A stretch of 63,947 nucleotides of DNA, the filler included. It is 5 parts of 5 records of this genome, joined end to end, with 100 filler letters (N's around TTAATTAATTAA, not from the genome) between each part and the next. Parts side by side here need not be neighbours in the genome. Positions count along the whole stretch, not along the records: positions 1 to 18,039 come from SRR31156797_10493; 4 more parts are not named here. The stretch is one strand, 5' to 3'. The translations under genes were made by a program, and so were the position numbers. The notes under the pieces were generated by a model. It was not told where the DNA came from. It saw only the letters and a list, made by a program, of their open reading frames with translations, and did not search any database. Positions within the stretch are counted from its first letter, which is position 1. Each line of letters starts with the position of its first letter. Shown here piece after piece: positions 1 through 12,900 of the stretch.

Positions 1-163
1 GTGAGCTCTTACCTCACCTTTTCACCCTTATCTAACAAAGTTAGACGGTTATTTTCTGTTACATTACTGTATCCTTTCAGATACCTTCCCGTTAGGAAGC
101 ATGATGCCCTGCATTGCCCGGACTTTCCTCCTCTATAAATAGCGGCGATAGACTGACTTGCTA
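1..163 (-). ncRNA. rnpB: RNase P RNA (bacterial class A), 5' half; runs off the window edge
   Basis: Minus strand reads GAGGAAAGTCCGGGC ... GTAACAGAAAATAACCG ... AGGGTGAAAAGGTGAGGTAAGAGCTCAC, the conserved P4/L11-12/P13-14 region of class A RNase P RNA. Confidence 0.95.
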
Positions 164-168
164 TGTCA

Positions 169-176
169 CAAAAGTA
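169..176 (-). promoter_or_regulatory. Bacteroidota sigma-A -7 box (TACTTTTG) for rnpB
   Basis: Matches TAnnTTTG a few nt upstream of the RNA 5' end. Confidence 0.7.
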
Positions 177-177
177 T

Positions 178-205
178 AAAAAAAAGGCAAGATAAAAACC
201 TTGCC
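178..205 (-). terminator. Intrinsic terminator of the adhesin/PorP/PorE/SPOR operon
   Basis: GGCAAG...CTTGCC hairpin followed by a T-run on the minus strand just after the SPOR gene stop. Confidence 0.75.
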
Positions 206-216
206 GCTATTTAATA

Positions 217-840
217 TTATTCAATTTGATATGGTAAATAAGCATCCAGCTCGGTTACAAAAGCCTTAGGATATCCTTTGGACTTAATATCCGGTAATGA
301 AGCTATCGCCTCTTCATAACTAAAATCTCCAATTGTATATCTATAAATTCTATCTTCCAGATAAAATTCTTTAATATTTTCAAGCCCTTTAAAGTGTGAT
401 AAATAAACAGGGAATCTAAAAGCACTTAACTGTATCGTATATCTTTTATTTGGATCAGGTTTAAACCCTGTTGGAACGGAACTACCTAAATTGAATTTCG
501 ATGTATTTACTACAAATGATTGTACATATCCTAAATCTTTAAAATATGATATTTGAGCTTTTGCTTCCTGATATGAAGAAAAACTTCCTGCACAATATCT
601 TACATAACCGTCAGAACAAGAAAATTCTCTGGCTTCTTCAATATTTGTAAAAAAACCGGGTTCACCTGCAGAGTACTTAAGAGCAATAATTTGCACAGCC
701 CAATCATTACTTCCTGATACCTGAGTTACACTAACAATTTTCTTTGACGTTCTCAGTTCACCAAGTTTATCTTTTTTACTTTGCGCATGGATACCTGAGA
801 AAGTCAATAATATAATTGATATAATATAAAAAGTCTTCAT
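217..840 (-). CDS. Secreted protein with two SPOR-like peptidoglycan-binding domains
   Basis: Signal peptide; two repeats of the pattern (W/Y)xVQIxA...Y(R)YxxGxFSxxEA...GYxxAFV. Confidence 0.75.
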   Translation of the reverse strand: MKTFYIISIILLTFSGIHAQSKKDKLGELRTSKKIVSVTQVSGSNDWAVQIIALKYSAGEPGFFTNIEEAREFSCSDGYVRYCAGSFSSYQEAKAQISYFKDLGYVQSFVVNTSKFNLGSSVPTGFKPDPNKRYTIQLSAFRFPVYLSHFKGLENIKEFYLEDRIYRYTIGDFSYEEAIASLPDIKSKGYPKAFVTELDAYLPYQIE

Positions 841-858
841 TTGATTTCTTTTAAAAGG

Positions 859-2886
859 TTACTTCTTTACTTTCCAAACCACAACTTCAATACGTTTATT
901 CTTTTGTTGTTCTTCTTCGCTGCAAAGTACCCCTCGTTTACATCTGTTTATTAAATATCTTTCACCGTATCCTCTTGGAATGGTAGCATCTCCATTAACA
1001 CCTCTTTCCATTAGCATACCTTTAACTTTCTCACCCATACGTTGAGTTTTCATCAAGTTATCCAACTTACTTCCGCGAGCATCGCTATGTGTGTTTAACT
1101 TCACAACTATTTGTGGATTGTTTTGAAGGTAGGTCGCTAATCTGGCTAAAGTCTTTTTACTTTCTTCTAATAATTCATCTCCATCGTAATAAAGAACCAT
1201 ATCACTAATATCATCTAAAACAGTATCATTAAATACAGGCGTCATAGAAATACCTTTATCATTTAAATCTCCAATTTCCATAATATTAACGATCATTCGT
1301 TTGGCATCAAATTCTCCATCTTTAGAGAAAACTAATTCAAACTCCTGCCCTTCTTTTTTATATTCATCCGGAATTATGATATTAAAATTACCTTGCGCAT
1401 CTGAAACCGCACTTGCAATTACTTCTCCTGTAACATCGTCAATAATTTCAACTTTTACACCTCCTGCAGCTTCATTATTAAATGTAGATTTAATTTTAGA
1501 TGAAAAAGCCATTGGGAAGGATGATAAATCTACTTCCGGTTGAGCAGGTTCTTCAGTTTCCTCGGGTAAAGCTGTTATATCAATAACATCTCCAACTTTT
1601 GGTTCCTCAACAACTTCTGGCTCTTTTGGCTCTTCTTTCTCCAGATACTCTACATAAAAAATATCATCCTTATCTCCATTTCCAGACCTGTTACTCGATA
1701 AGAATCCTCTTTTAGGATTCTTTGGATTGATACTATAGGCAAAATCATCTTTTACAGAGTTAAATGGTTGCATCATATTTTGCGGATTCTTCCATTTTCC
1801 ATCTATATACTCAGCTTTAAATAAATCCAAACCACCGAAACCATAATGTCCATCCGAAGAAAAATATAATGTATTATCCTTACTTAAATAAGGAAACTCT
1901 TCATTACCAAATGTATTTATATCTGGTCCTATATTAACCACTTTACCATACATACCACCTCTTAAACGTTCCACTCTATAAATATCTTTACCACCATATC
2001 CACCTTTTTGGTTAGAAACAAAGTAAAGAAACTTATCATCTGGAGAAACTGCAGGTGTTACGCAATCATAATCGTCACTATTAAATGGTAATTCTTCTGA
2101 TCTTCCCCAATCTTTACCATCATATGTAACCTTGTATATTTTAAGTCTACTATCACCTTTTACTCGAACACTTCTTGTATAATACATTGTATTATAATCC
2201 GAAGTAAAGGAAATCGCTCCTATATGATAAGGGAATTGCAAATTTTCTGATAAAAGTCGTCTTTCATCACTTATTTCATCATTAATTAAATCTGAATAAT
2301 ACAGATCTAAAAAAGCCTTTCCTTGTTTATCTACTTTTTTGTTATCATCATCCTCTGATGTGGATGAATACACAACACCATCGCGATAATAAATAATACC
2401 AAATGATTGTCCTGAAGTATAAACAGTAGAAGGGTTTACACGAATATCAGGATTAAATTGTTGATTTTGTAGTGCCCATTTACAAGATTCAATAAGCTCA
2501 TTCACTTTTGTTGGATGAGCACCAGCAGCCTTCGCTTTTTCATACCATTCTATGGCAAATTCATAACCACCAATTATCTTATGCCAGGTCATTGCATAGG
2601 TTAACAAATCCTCTCCCGTTAACTCATCTTCTACTTCATTAAAAGTGGTAAAAGCGTTATCAATATCATTAAGCTGAAAATAACAATTAGCAATTCTTTT
2701 TTTAACCTGATTGTTAATTTTTTCTCCATCTTCTTTAGCCTTGTCATAGGAAAGTAGAGCCTGATAATACTCTCCTTTCTTATACATACTATCCCCTTTT
2801 TTTACGTTTTTATCTTGCGCATTTATAGATTGAAGCCCTATAAAACCAACAAGGATAAAAACTATGTACCGAGCAATATTCTTCAT
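859..2886 (-). CDS. PorE-like TPR / PD40 (WD40-like) / carboxypeptidase-regulatory-like / OmpA-domain protein
   Basis: N-terminal TPRs; PD40 repeats (PAVSPDDKFLYFVSNQKGGYGGKDIY, LYFSSDGHYGFGGLDLF); C-terminal OmpA domain (HSDARG...GYGE...NKRIEV); sits next to a porP/sprF gene. Confidence 0.85.
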   Translation of the reverse strand: MKNIARYIVFILVGFIGLQSINAQDKNVKKGDSMYKKGEYYQALLSYDKAKEDGEKINNQVKKRIANCYFQLNDIDNAFTTFNEVEDELTGEDLLTYAMTWHKIIGGYEFAIEWYEKAKAAGAHPTKVNELIESCKWALQNQQFNPDIRVNPSTVYTSGQSFGIIYYRDGVVYSSTSEDDDNKKVDKQGKAFLDLYYSDLINDEISDERRLLSENLQFPYHIGAISFTSDYNTMYYTRSVRVKGDSRLKIYKVTYDGKDWGRSEELPFNSDDYDCVTPAVSPDDKFLYFVSNQKGGYGGKDIYRVERLRGGMYGKVVNIGPDINTFGNEEFPYLSKDNTLYFSSDGHYGFGGLDLFKAEYIDGKWKNPQNMMQPFNSVKDDFAYSINPKNPKRGFLSSNRSGNGDKDDIFYVEYLEKEEPKEPEVVEEPKVGDVIDITALPEETEEPAQPEVDLSSFPMAFSSKIKSTFNNEAAGGVKVEIIDDVTGEVIASAVSDAQGNFNIIIPDEYKKEGQEFELVFSKDGEFDAKRMIVNIMEIGDLNDKGISMTPVFNDTVLDDISDMVLYYDGDELLEESKKTLARLATYLQNNPQIVVKLNTHSDARGSKLDNLMKTQRMGEKVKGMLMERGVNGDATIPRGYGERYLINRCKRGVLCSEEEQQKNKRIEVVVWKVKK

Positions 2887-3036
2887 GATAAAAGATATTT
2901 TTTCTATGATAAAAGGTTTTAACCCAAAAGCTGCGTAAACTATTGTTTAGAACATTTAAGTTATGATTAAAATATGATTTTGTTTATTAAAAACTTTCTA
3001 TTCTTTCTTATTTTCTATAATTATATACTAACTCAA

Positions 3037-3975
3037 TTAAAAATAACGAATTGAACGCATTCCTGCTCTTCTATTGAAAGTAAAATCAAATTGTAAGCTA
3101 ATTTCATGCGACCCAAATTTTGCATATTTATTTAGGCTACTTAAAGAATAATCAAAAGAATATCTAACTGTAAACTGTCTGTTTATAATATATTCAGTTA
3201 AAAAAACCATTTCTGATACTGAGCGATATGAAAGTCCCAACCATAAGGTTTCAGCTAATAAAACATTACCTGAAACATCAAACTGAAGTGGTGCACCATA
3301 TACCTCCCTAAAAAGTAATGTTGGCTTAACTTTTACATCTCCCCAGTCAAATACATATCCACCATATAAGTACATATGCATATTCTTAAAGTCTAATGTA
3401 TTTTTAAATACTTCACCAGCTTCATCAAAGTTATTGCTAAACATTCTGGGTACTGAAAAGCCGGCAAAATAATCTTCTCCATAGAAATAGGATCCAAAGC
3501 CAACGTTAAAGCCTATTTTAGAAGATTTTCCTTGATATACAGGATCTCCATATTCTTCTGTAATGGCAAGTGTTCCATCGTAAACATGCGAACTAACTCC
3601 CATTTGCAAACCGAAGGATACGAACTTTCTTCTATCAATAGCAACTTTATAGGATACTGATCCAAAAGCATCAAAATTATTTGAGAAGCCAACACGGTCA
3701 TTGGTTATACTCAAACCAGCACCTAAATCAGTATCTTCAATAGGTCCATGTACATTTAAAGATTGGTTCATAGGAGCACCTTCAAAACCTACCCACTGGC
3801 TTCTGTGAATTAATAATCCACTAATAACATCTCTTGTACCATTGTAAGCAGGGTTTAATAGTCCTTGATTAGCTATATAATGGTTATACTGAACCATATC
3901 CTGACCATCGACTGATAAAACGAACGATGTCAGTGCTACGATAACTACTATTCTTATATAATTTAATTTCTTCAT
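3037..3975 (-). CDS. PorP/SprF family type IX secretion outer-membrane protein
   Basis: LLNPAYNG, HRSQWVGFEGAP, GSHEISLQF and terminal IRYF motifs; directly downstream of a type-B CTD protein. Confidence 0.9.
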   Translation of the reverse strand: MKKLNYIRIVVIVALTSFVLSVDGQDMVQYNHYIANQGLLNPAYNGTRDVISGLLIHRSQWVGFEGAPMNQSLNVHGPIEDTDLGAGLSITNDRVGFSNNFDAFGSVSYKVAIDRRKFVSFGLQMGVSSHVYDGTLAITEEYGDPVYQGKSSKIGFNVGFGSYFYGEDYFAGFSVPRMFSNNFDEAGEVFKNTLDFKNMHMYLYGGYVFDWGDVKVKPTLLFREVYGAPLQFDVSGNVLLAETLWLGLSYRSVSEMVFLTEYIINRQFTVRYSFDYSLSSLNKYAKFGSHEISLQFDFTFNRRAGMRSIRYF

Positions 3976-3997
3976 GTCTTTTTTAAATTTTATAAGC

Positions 3998-6900
3998 TTA
4001 TCTTCTTAGTTCTATATAACCGTTATATTCTTTCTCAATGATTTTATTTTCATACATATCATTATCCTCATTGTAAACCTTTTCGTTAGCTTGTACTTTG
4101 AAAATATAGAAATATGTACCGTTCGGAAGTTCACTTCCTATGGAAACCATATTTGAAGTTGAAGAGGTTCCATCCCACCATTCATTATCATCACCGTAAA
4201 CATCACCTTTAGAGCGGTAAACAAGTGTTCCCCATCTATTAAATACTTCTAGTGAAGACTTTTCAGCGGTTACACCATTTTTATTAATACCTGTTATTTT
4301 AAAATAATCATTAATATCATCTCCATTTGGAGAGAAAGCATTAGGGATTAAGAAAGTTTTATTTTCATCCAAAGCTTTATTTCCTACATATATATATACA
4401 ATTGCCTCGTCATATCTATCAGGATTGTCCCTATTAACTATACTGTATCTAAGTGAATCAAGACCATAGAATCCTGGAAGTTTTTCATAATTAAGCACAC
4501 CTGTTATAGAATCAATAGCAACCACACCAATTGTAGTAACTAACTCTCCATCTTCATTTGCAATAAGCTGTCCTGAATTATCAACAAATCCATCTACAAC
4601 CTTAAACCTAATATTTCCTTCTTCCACAATTAATCCTAAATCATCTCTTACTCCTAACACATCAACAGCTGAATTAAAGATATCATTCAGTCCTAATAAT
4701 GCACCTCCAACCAATACATCCTTATTGATACTTACACTATCTGTTATAGCTTCTAATGGAAATTCATCAAGTTGTACAACTCCATCCATAATTGCACTAC
4801 AACCTTCAATATTTGTGGCAATAACTGTGTATTCTCCAGATTCACTTCTTGTGCCAAAATTAATTGAGTTAGAAGTTCCAATACTATCCACCATTGGAAG
4901 TATAAAAGCATTATCAAGCATTAAGCTATATGTAGTACCTAATACAGAATTAGCAAGCATAAGTTCTGTAACATCAACAATACCATTACAAGGAGCTGTA
5001 ACACACTCAAAACCTTCAATGTAGAATTCTTGAATATCCGGATTTGGATTTATTGTTATATCAAACGAATCAACACTTAATGTTTCACATCCTGTATCGA
5101 AATTACGAGCTGATATATAATATCTTCCAGCCTGAATAGCATTTAAGAAATAAATATCAGAACCGTTTCCATCTATAAATCCATATGCATTATAGAATTC
5201 ATCTCTTAAAATATAAGCAATACCATTTTCTGTATCCAGAATACCAACATTTACACCAGCTTCTGAATCACAATAAGCCGTATCAGATAAGATATATTGT
5301 GGAACTGCAGGAGCATCTCGATAATCTATTTTTACAAGTCCCATAGACTTATCACATGCACCTGTTACAGATAAAGCAAATACTTCATAAAATACAGTTC
5401 CTGTTTCTAAACCACTTGTATTTAATTCCCAGCTTATACTTCCTCGATCTAAATTAGTAATTGTATCAAGAATAGCACCTTCATCGTCATTTTCAATTCG
5501 ATAAGCTCTTCCATCATCAAATCCGTCCAATGTTAATGTAACAAACTCAGAACTACAAGCATTGTATTTATCAACCTCAATATTCCAATCATTTGGTTCA
5601 CTTTCATGAATAACCTCAATTACTTTACCTCCATTGGTAATACTTACACAAGCATCACCTCCTCTCGACTTCCATATTTCATATGTTCCTTCCGGGATGA
5701 TATCAGGGAATGCTAATTCAACATCTGAACCAGTATCGTTAGTACCTACAACTTTACTTATAATATTTGAAGTACTAACTTCACGTACCTGATAAGTTAC
5801 ATCCAGTTCATTATTAGCCAAAATAAATTCAACACCTGCTGTTATTCCACAATAAACAGTATCCGTAGAAGCTAATAAGAATTGATCTTCCGGTGTATCA
5901 ACCTGAATAACTTCAACAATCCCTTCCATATTGGAGGTACAAAGTGTATTCTCATTAATAGCTACTGCAGTATATGAACCTGGCATAGTAAATTCTCCAA
6001 AACTTATTGAGTCATTGAAAGAACCTCCTAGTACATCTCCTACATGAGAACCATCTTCAAACTGCAAGGTATATCTAACATTTGCTTCCTGACTTTCAAG
6101 TCCAATCTCTGCACCATCAATAACATCACAGTAGAATCCTGAACCCGTCATTTTAAATGCAGTTGGCAAAGGATTTACAGTTAAAGTAGGTCTGTTTATC
6201 ATTTCTGTTTGTGTTGCACACAAACCATTATCTGCCAGCACATAATACTCACCTGGTTCGTTATAGACTCCAACAAACTGAATTGAACCTCCTCCTAATG
6301 GACCAGTAATTGATTCTTTATATACGTCAGCAGTTTCAGTTGCTAATTGTGCTCTATATAATGAATAAACTACTCCTTCTTCAGAATTGATCAACCCAAA
6401 TCTACGACCTTGATCACCATTACAGATATCTGCAATATCAGGAGTAACTTCAAACCTTAGTGCTGCTTCTGAAATATCGACATAAACATCGTCGAAATTG
6501 GTTAAATCAACACCCGGATCATTTGACATATCTATTTCATTACAACTACCATTAGATGCTTTTACAGTATAATAAGCATTTCGATCGGTAATTGGTGCAA
6601 AAGCAATATCTGTTGGTACAACACCTGAATGAGATATATCTGAACCATCAACTAGTATATCTCCATTACCTGTTCTTTTATATAACTGATAAATTATATC
6701 AGGATCAGCTAATTGTACTGTAATTACGGCACCAACACTACAATCTAAACTACCATCACTAACAATCGCTTTGACTGTAGGTAGATTCGTTTCACTAATT
6801 ACTGCATCATCAACAAGGAAAGTTCTACATCCTGCTGAATTTTCGGCTTCTAAAGTATATGTACCTCCCTGACTAACACTAAACGGAGGATCTAAAACTC

Positions 6901-9900
6901 CACCATCACCATCAATGAAGTTCCCTGTATTAAACCCATTTCTGTATAACCAGTATCTTACATTAGTTTCAGAACCATTTGTTGTAATAGTTGCAGCACC
7001 ACCTGTACAAATATCTCCACTAGTAACAACTTCGAAATCATCACGTAAAGCAGGACTTTCTGAAATGTTTACTACATTATTCATAATAGAAGTACATCCT
7101 GCTGTATTGGTAGCCTCTACTCTATATGTGCCATTGGCGAAAGGACCTGTAAAAACAATATCAACATTAGTATCTTCAATAATTCCGGTTTGAGGAGCAC
7201 CAACTTGGTTATCATTTTCATCATATAAAATATAGGTAACTCCTAATTGTTGACCTTTAACATGAATTGCATCAATACCAGCATCTCCAGGACAATATTC
7301 CTCACTACTTAAACCATTTTGAGTTTCCAAATTAAATGACGTTGGAGATACAAATCCCTGAATAATAACATCATTATTCATTGGATATAAACAACCTCCT
7401 GTATCTTCAGCAATAATAGAATAAGTACCATCACTACTTGCCGGAGCACCAAAATCCAATACTTCATCATCTGCAGAACTTGTTAACTCAATACCTGTTG
7501 TGGTACCATTATAATATAAGGTATATTTAACACCTGCATCAGAATCTGTTAAAGTAATATTAGCAGGTGAATCACCTTGACAATAACGACCATTAACTGG
7601 TTCTACATCATAAGTATTACCTGAACCCGCAGTAATAGTTAATTGCCCTTGCATATCCCTTTGACAACCACTCGAAATATTTTCAGCTCTAACTGTATAT
7701 ATTCCTGTAATATTATAATCACCGAAGTTGACTTCTACTCCATCATGAGTTCCATCTGTTGGACCTCCTACAATATTTCCATCTCTATATAATGTATAAG
7801 CAATTCCTAACTCAGAATTTAAAAGTTTTACAGGGATGGCAACACATGTATTTTCAACACCATTAGGGTCTAATGAATATATAGAAGGTAATGATTGAGC
7901 AGAAATGTTAACTGGATTATTCATTACTACTGAACAACCATTAGCTGACGCCTCTACTCGATATGTTCCTTCATCAATATTTTCAAATAGAATTGGCAGC
8001 GTATCATCTGTACCTACAGTTGAATCATCTGATTCATCTATTAAAGTATAGGTAAAACCAACTTCAGGATCAATAACATAAACACTTACGCTAGATGATG
8101 AACCTTGACAGAATGTACCACTTGTTCCAACATTTTTCGCTGTTGGCATAGGATTGACCTTCATTGCAATGTCATCGGACATATCTGTACAACCGTAAGC
8201 AGATTCCACCATTACAGAAACTCTGTCTCCATCCGAAAGGCTTGAATTTACATAAGTAGAAACTGCAGCCATACTTCCTAATGGATTTCCATTTAAATAG
8301 AATTGATAATTCGCTCCGCCACTTGCTGTAAATGTAACCTCTGTTCCTTCGCAGATAATATCTCCTTCATCAGAAAGCAATTCTGCAGTAGGATCAGGAT
8401 AAAATGCAATTGTAACTCGATTAGTCATTTCCGTTGGACATGTACCATCGGAAATATTTGTAGCAATTACATAGTACTCACCTAAATCTGTCTGATTTCC
8501 AAAGTTACGAACTGTTCCATCTCCATCTATAACACCTTTGCTTGTTCCAGAATTGGCACCTGGACTATCAGCTAAGAATAATTCATACCTCACATCGATA
8601 ACTGTACTTTCACTCATTCCAATTACAGCACCAACAGCGCCTCCAGAACAAACACTTCCTCCACCATCAACTGTTAATTTTGTAATGGCACCCGCTATAT
8701 CAATTGGAATATTAATATCATAATCATTAGTACAACCATTTAATTCTGCAACAACATTATAATTGGCTCCACTATCTGTAATTGGTGCAAACGAAATATT
8801 GTTTCCATCACCAATGATTTCAGCTCCAGTTACTTCAGTATCTGGTGTACCTCTTTTAAACAGGTGATAAATAGCACCTACTTGTGAATTTTCAATTGTA
8901 ATAACCACACCATCATCACAACCTGTACCTCCGGTAGTTAACCATGTTTTATCTTCAGGTAAAAGTTTTTCTAGTACATCAACCGTATTAAGCATTTCTC
9001 TGAAACAAGTTATGCCATTTTCAAGTCGACGTGCTTCAACTCTGTAAGTTCCTTCTACATTGATACCTGAAAATTCTAAGGCAGTTCCGGTTCCAGGAAT
9101 CCAACTTCCATTTGCTATATCAGCAGTTCCATCATTAGCCACCCAACGGTATTCTGCATCAGCCTCTGACCCATCAATAAAAATAGAAACAGAAGACCCT
9201 GTACAAAAATCATCAGACTTACTTACATTGAACCCATTCATTAATGGATTTTCTGCTACTGCAATAGTATTATTCATTGTAGAAGTACAACCAACTCCTG
9301 GTCTACTTGCTACTACATAATAATTATCGTTTAATACAAACGGTCCTGTAAAATTTAATAACGCCGAACCATCATCAACTGTACCTGTTACAGTCTCAAT
9401 ATTTACAGGTGCACCACCATTTTCTCTCCAAAGTGTATACTCAACTCCATTTTGTTGTCCTACTAACCAGATATTTACCCCTACTGGAAAACCATCTGGA
9501 TCTGGACAATAGAAACCATTATTGTCAGCTTGCAAACTAAATACAGTTGGATCGGTAAAGGCCGTAACAGTTACAGAACCATTCATTGGAAAACTACAAC
9601 CACCAGGTGTCTCTACCTGAACTGTATACACACCATCTATAGTTACCTTATTATCAAACGATAAAACAGAACCATTTCCTATTTTAGTTTGTTCAGGAGC
9701 AGCAGAGTTTCCGTTCAAAATTAACTGATACTCAACCGTTGCATCTGAACCTGTCATACCAATTGTTACTCCCGGATCACTATCTGACACGCAATAATCA
9801 CCAGTTCCCGGAGTACTTGTCATATCATAAGTAGTAACAACGACATCAGATTGTATTTCATAATCATCATTCATCTCTACATTACATAATGTAGCCGGAT

Positions 9901-12900
9901 TCGTTGCTCTAATTGTGTAAATACCGAATGCTGTTACGTTAGAATTTAATGTAAGAGCACCTCCTGTACTTACTACTGATGCTCCATACGGAGAACCATT
10001 TCTTAACAACTGATATTCAATACCAACTTCACTATCATCCAAACCAATTGGCCAACCTGCTCCACCATTACAACCTAGGTCTACGTCTGATGGAGTTATA
10101 TTATATACCTGTGGTAAAGGATTTTCATTAATCGTAATATCAGCAGTTGACATTCTTATAGAACAAGCATTTACAGTAGATCCAAATGCTACAACATGAT
10201 AAGTACCAGATGTAACATTAGTCCATTCAACTGTTGAGACTCCGTCTGCAACAACATCTGAACCTACAGGATTATCTCCTGCATCTTGTAATTGATACGT
10301 AACACCTGCTTCTGAATTTTGTAAATATATTCTTACACCAGTTGATGCCTCACAGTATTCTGTATTTTCAGCAACAACAGTTTGATCTTGCGGTAATTCA
10401 TCTAAACTTACTTCAACCTCATCTGTATCCTGACAACCTTTACTATCAATAACAGTTAAGTTATAAGTTCCTTCTTCATTTAAATCCGCTGTACCTAAGT
10501 CAGGATCTTCAGTATTATTAGCCACGTAGCCATTCGGTCCTGTCCAATTAAAAGTATAACCAGCTGTTCCTCCTGAAGCCGAACCATCCAACACTAAACC
10601 ATCATCTTCACAAATAGACTGATCGCTACCTGCGTCTGCAGTTGGTAAGGCATTTATAGAAATATTAATAGTTGATGACTGAGCAGAACACCCATTATCA
10701 GAAGCAATTACATATACACCTGTTATTGATGTATCGAATCCTGAACTAACTTCAAAGGTTTCACTTCCTAAAGTGTTTAGCTGTGTATTTGTAGTTCCAT
10801 CAGTTGAATAATAAACATAATTAGCGTATCCTGAAGGAGCTGCAGTTAAAGTTACAGCCTCATTCTCACAGTACTCTTGTCCTCCTACCGGTTGCGATAA
10901 GTTTACATTAGGAATAGCAATGGCTGTCATATTAATAGCAGTTCTATCTATACAACCATATACATTATCTGTAACTTCAACTTCCACTAACATGTTTGCA
11001 TTAATAGTAATATCTCTGGTAGAAGTAGTACTCGCTACACCTTGAGAAGCACCATCAACAAAAAATTCATAATTATAATCTCCAGACCCATCTGTTCCAC
11101 TGGCAGAAAATGTTACGGTTGTACCTGCACATACATTTGTTCCAGGAGGTGTTGGGTTAGTAATATTTAAAATTGCATTAACCTGATTAACTGTTACATT
11201 ACTTACTGTTGGAGTTAACGCAGAACATCCTGAAGCATTATCATAATTTACGGATACAGTTTGAGCACCAGCTGTATTCCAGGATACAGTTATTTCGTTT
11301 GTACCTGTACCTCCAGTTATTGTACCTCCTGAAGAAACTGTCCATACATAATTACTCATACTACCTTCCGTAGTATAAGTGACTCCTGCATCGCCTTCAC
11401 AAACACTTGCTGTACCAAGAATAGTTGGAACAGGCGCTGCATTTACAGTAATATTACTAGAAGTTGGACCTGTAGCCGTACATCCCGAAGTATTAACATA
11501 ATTAACAGATACTGTTTGAGCTCCACTTCCATTCCATGTAACTGTAATTTCATCGGTTCCTGCTCCCGCTGTTATTGTACCGCCTGCAGAAACAGACCAT
11601 GTATAATTACTCATTCCCGGATCAGTTGCGTAAGTAACACCTGCATCTCCCTCACAAACAATCAAGTTCCCATTGATAACAGGAACAGGTAAGGCATTTA
11701 CACTTACTGGATAATTAGTAGTGGACGCTGCATTACAACCTAATGCATTATCATAATTAACAGATACTGTTTGTGCACCTGCCGTATTCCATGTTACAGT
11801 TATTTCATCTGTACCAGCTCCAGCAGTAATAGTACCGCCTGCAGAAACACTCCATACATAATTATTCATTCCGGTTTCTGTACTGTATGTAACACCAGTA
11901 GTTCCTTCACAAACGGCATTTGTTCCAGAAACTGTTGGTACTGGTAAAGGATTAACAGTAACATTATATGAAGTTGGTGTTGCTGCAGCACAACCTAAAG
12001 CATTATCGTAATTTACCGAAATAGATTGGGCTCCTGCTGTACTCCATGTTACTGTAACTTGATTAGTTCCAGTACCTGCAGTTATAGTACCTCCTGTAAT
12101 ATTCCAAACATAGTTACTCATTCCTGCATCAGTCGTATATAAAATCCCTGCATCTCCGACACAAACATTATTATTCCCACCTAAACTTGGAGTTGGTGCA
12201 GCATTAACATTTACGTTATAATTTGTTGGAGAAAGTGCATCACACCCTTGTGCATTATCATAATTTACCGATACAGATTGTGCCCCGGGAGTATTCCACG
12301 TAACCGAAATTTGATTTGTACCTATACCTGCATCAATTTTTCCTCCAGCAGAGATACTCCAAACATAGTTATTCATTCCTGGCTCTGTAGAATAAGTTAC
12401 TCCTACTTCACCTTCACATACATCATTATCTCCTGACACCGTAACTACGGGTAAAGCATTTACTGTTACATTATAAGTAGTTGGTGCACTTGCAGGACAA
12501 CCTGCTGCATTTTCATAATTAACTGATACAGTTTGAGAACCTGCAGTATTCCATGTAACGGTAATTTCTTCAGTTCCTGCTCCTCCTGTAATAGTACCGC
12601 CTGTTACAGCCCATACATAATTATTCATTCCTGGATCTGTGCCATAAGTGATTCCAGCATCACTTTCACAAACAATATTATCTCCACTTATAGATGGAGA
12701 CGGTAATTCATTTACAGTAACATTAAGAACAGTTGGTGTTACCGTACCACAATTACTCGTATTTTCATATTCAACAGTTATAGTTTGAGGACCGGTAGTA
12801 TCCCAGTCAACTGTAATTTCATTCGTACCTGCTCCAGCAGTAATAGTTCCTCCCGCTGAAATCGTCCACACATAATTATTCATTCCTACCTCAGTAGAAT

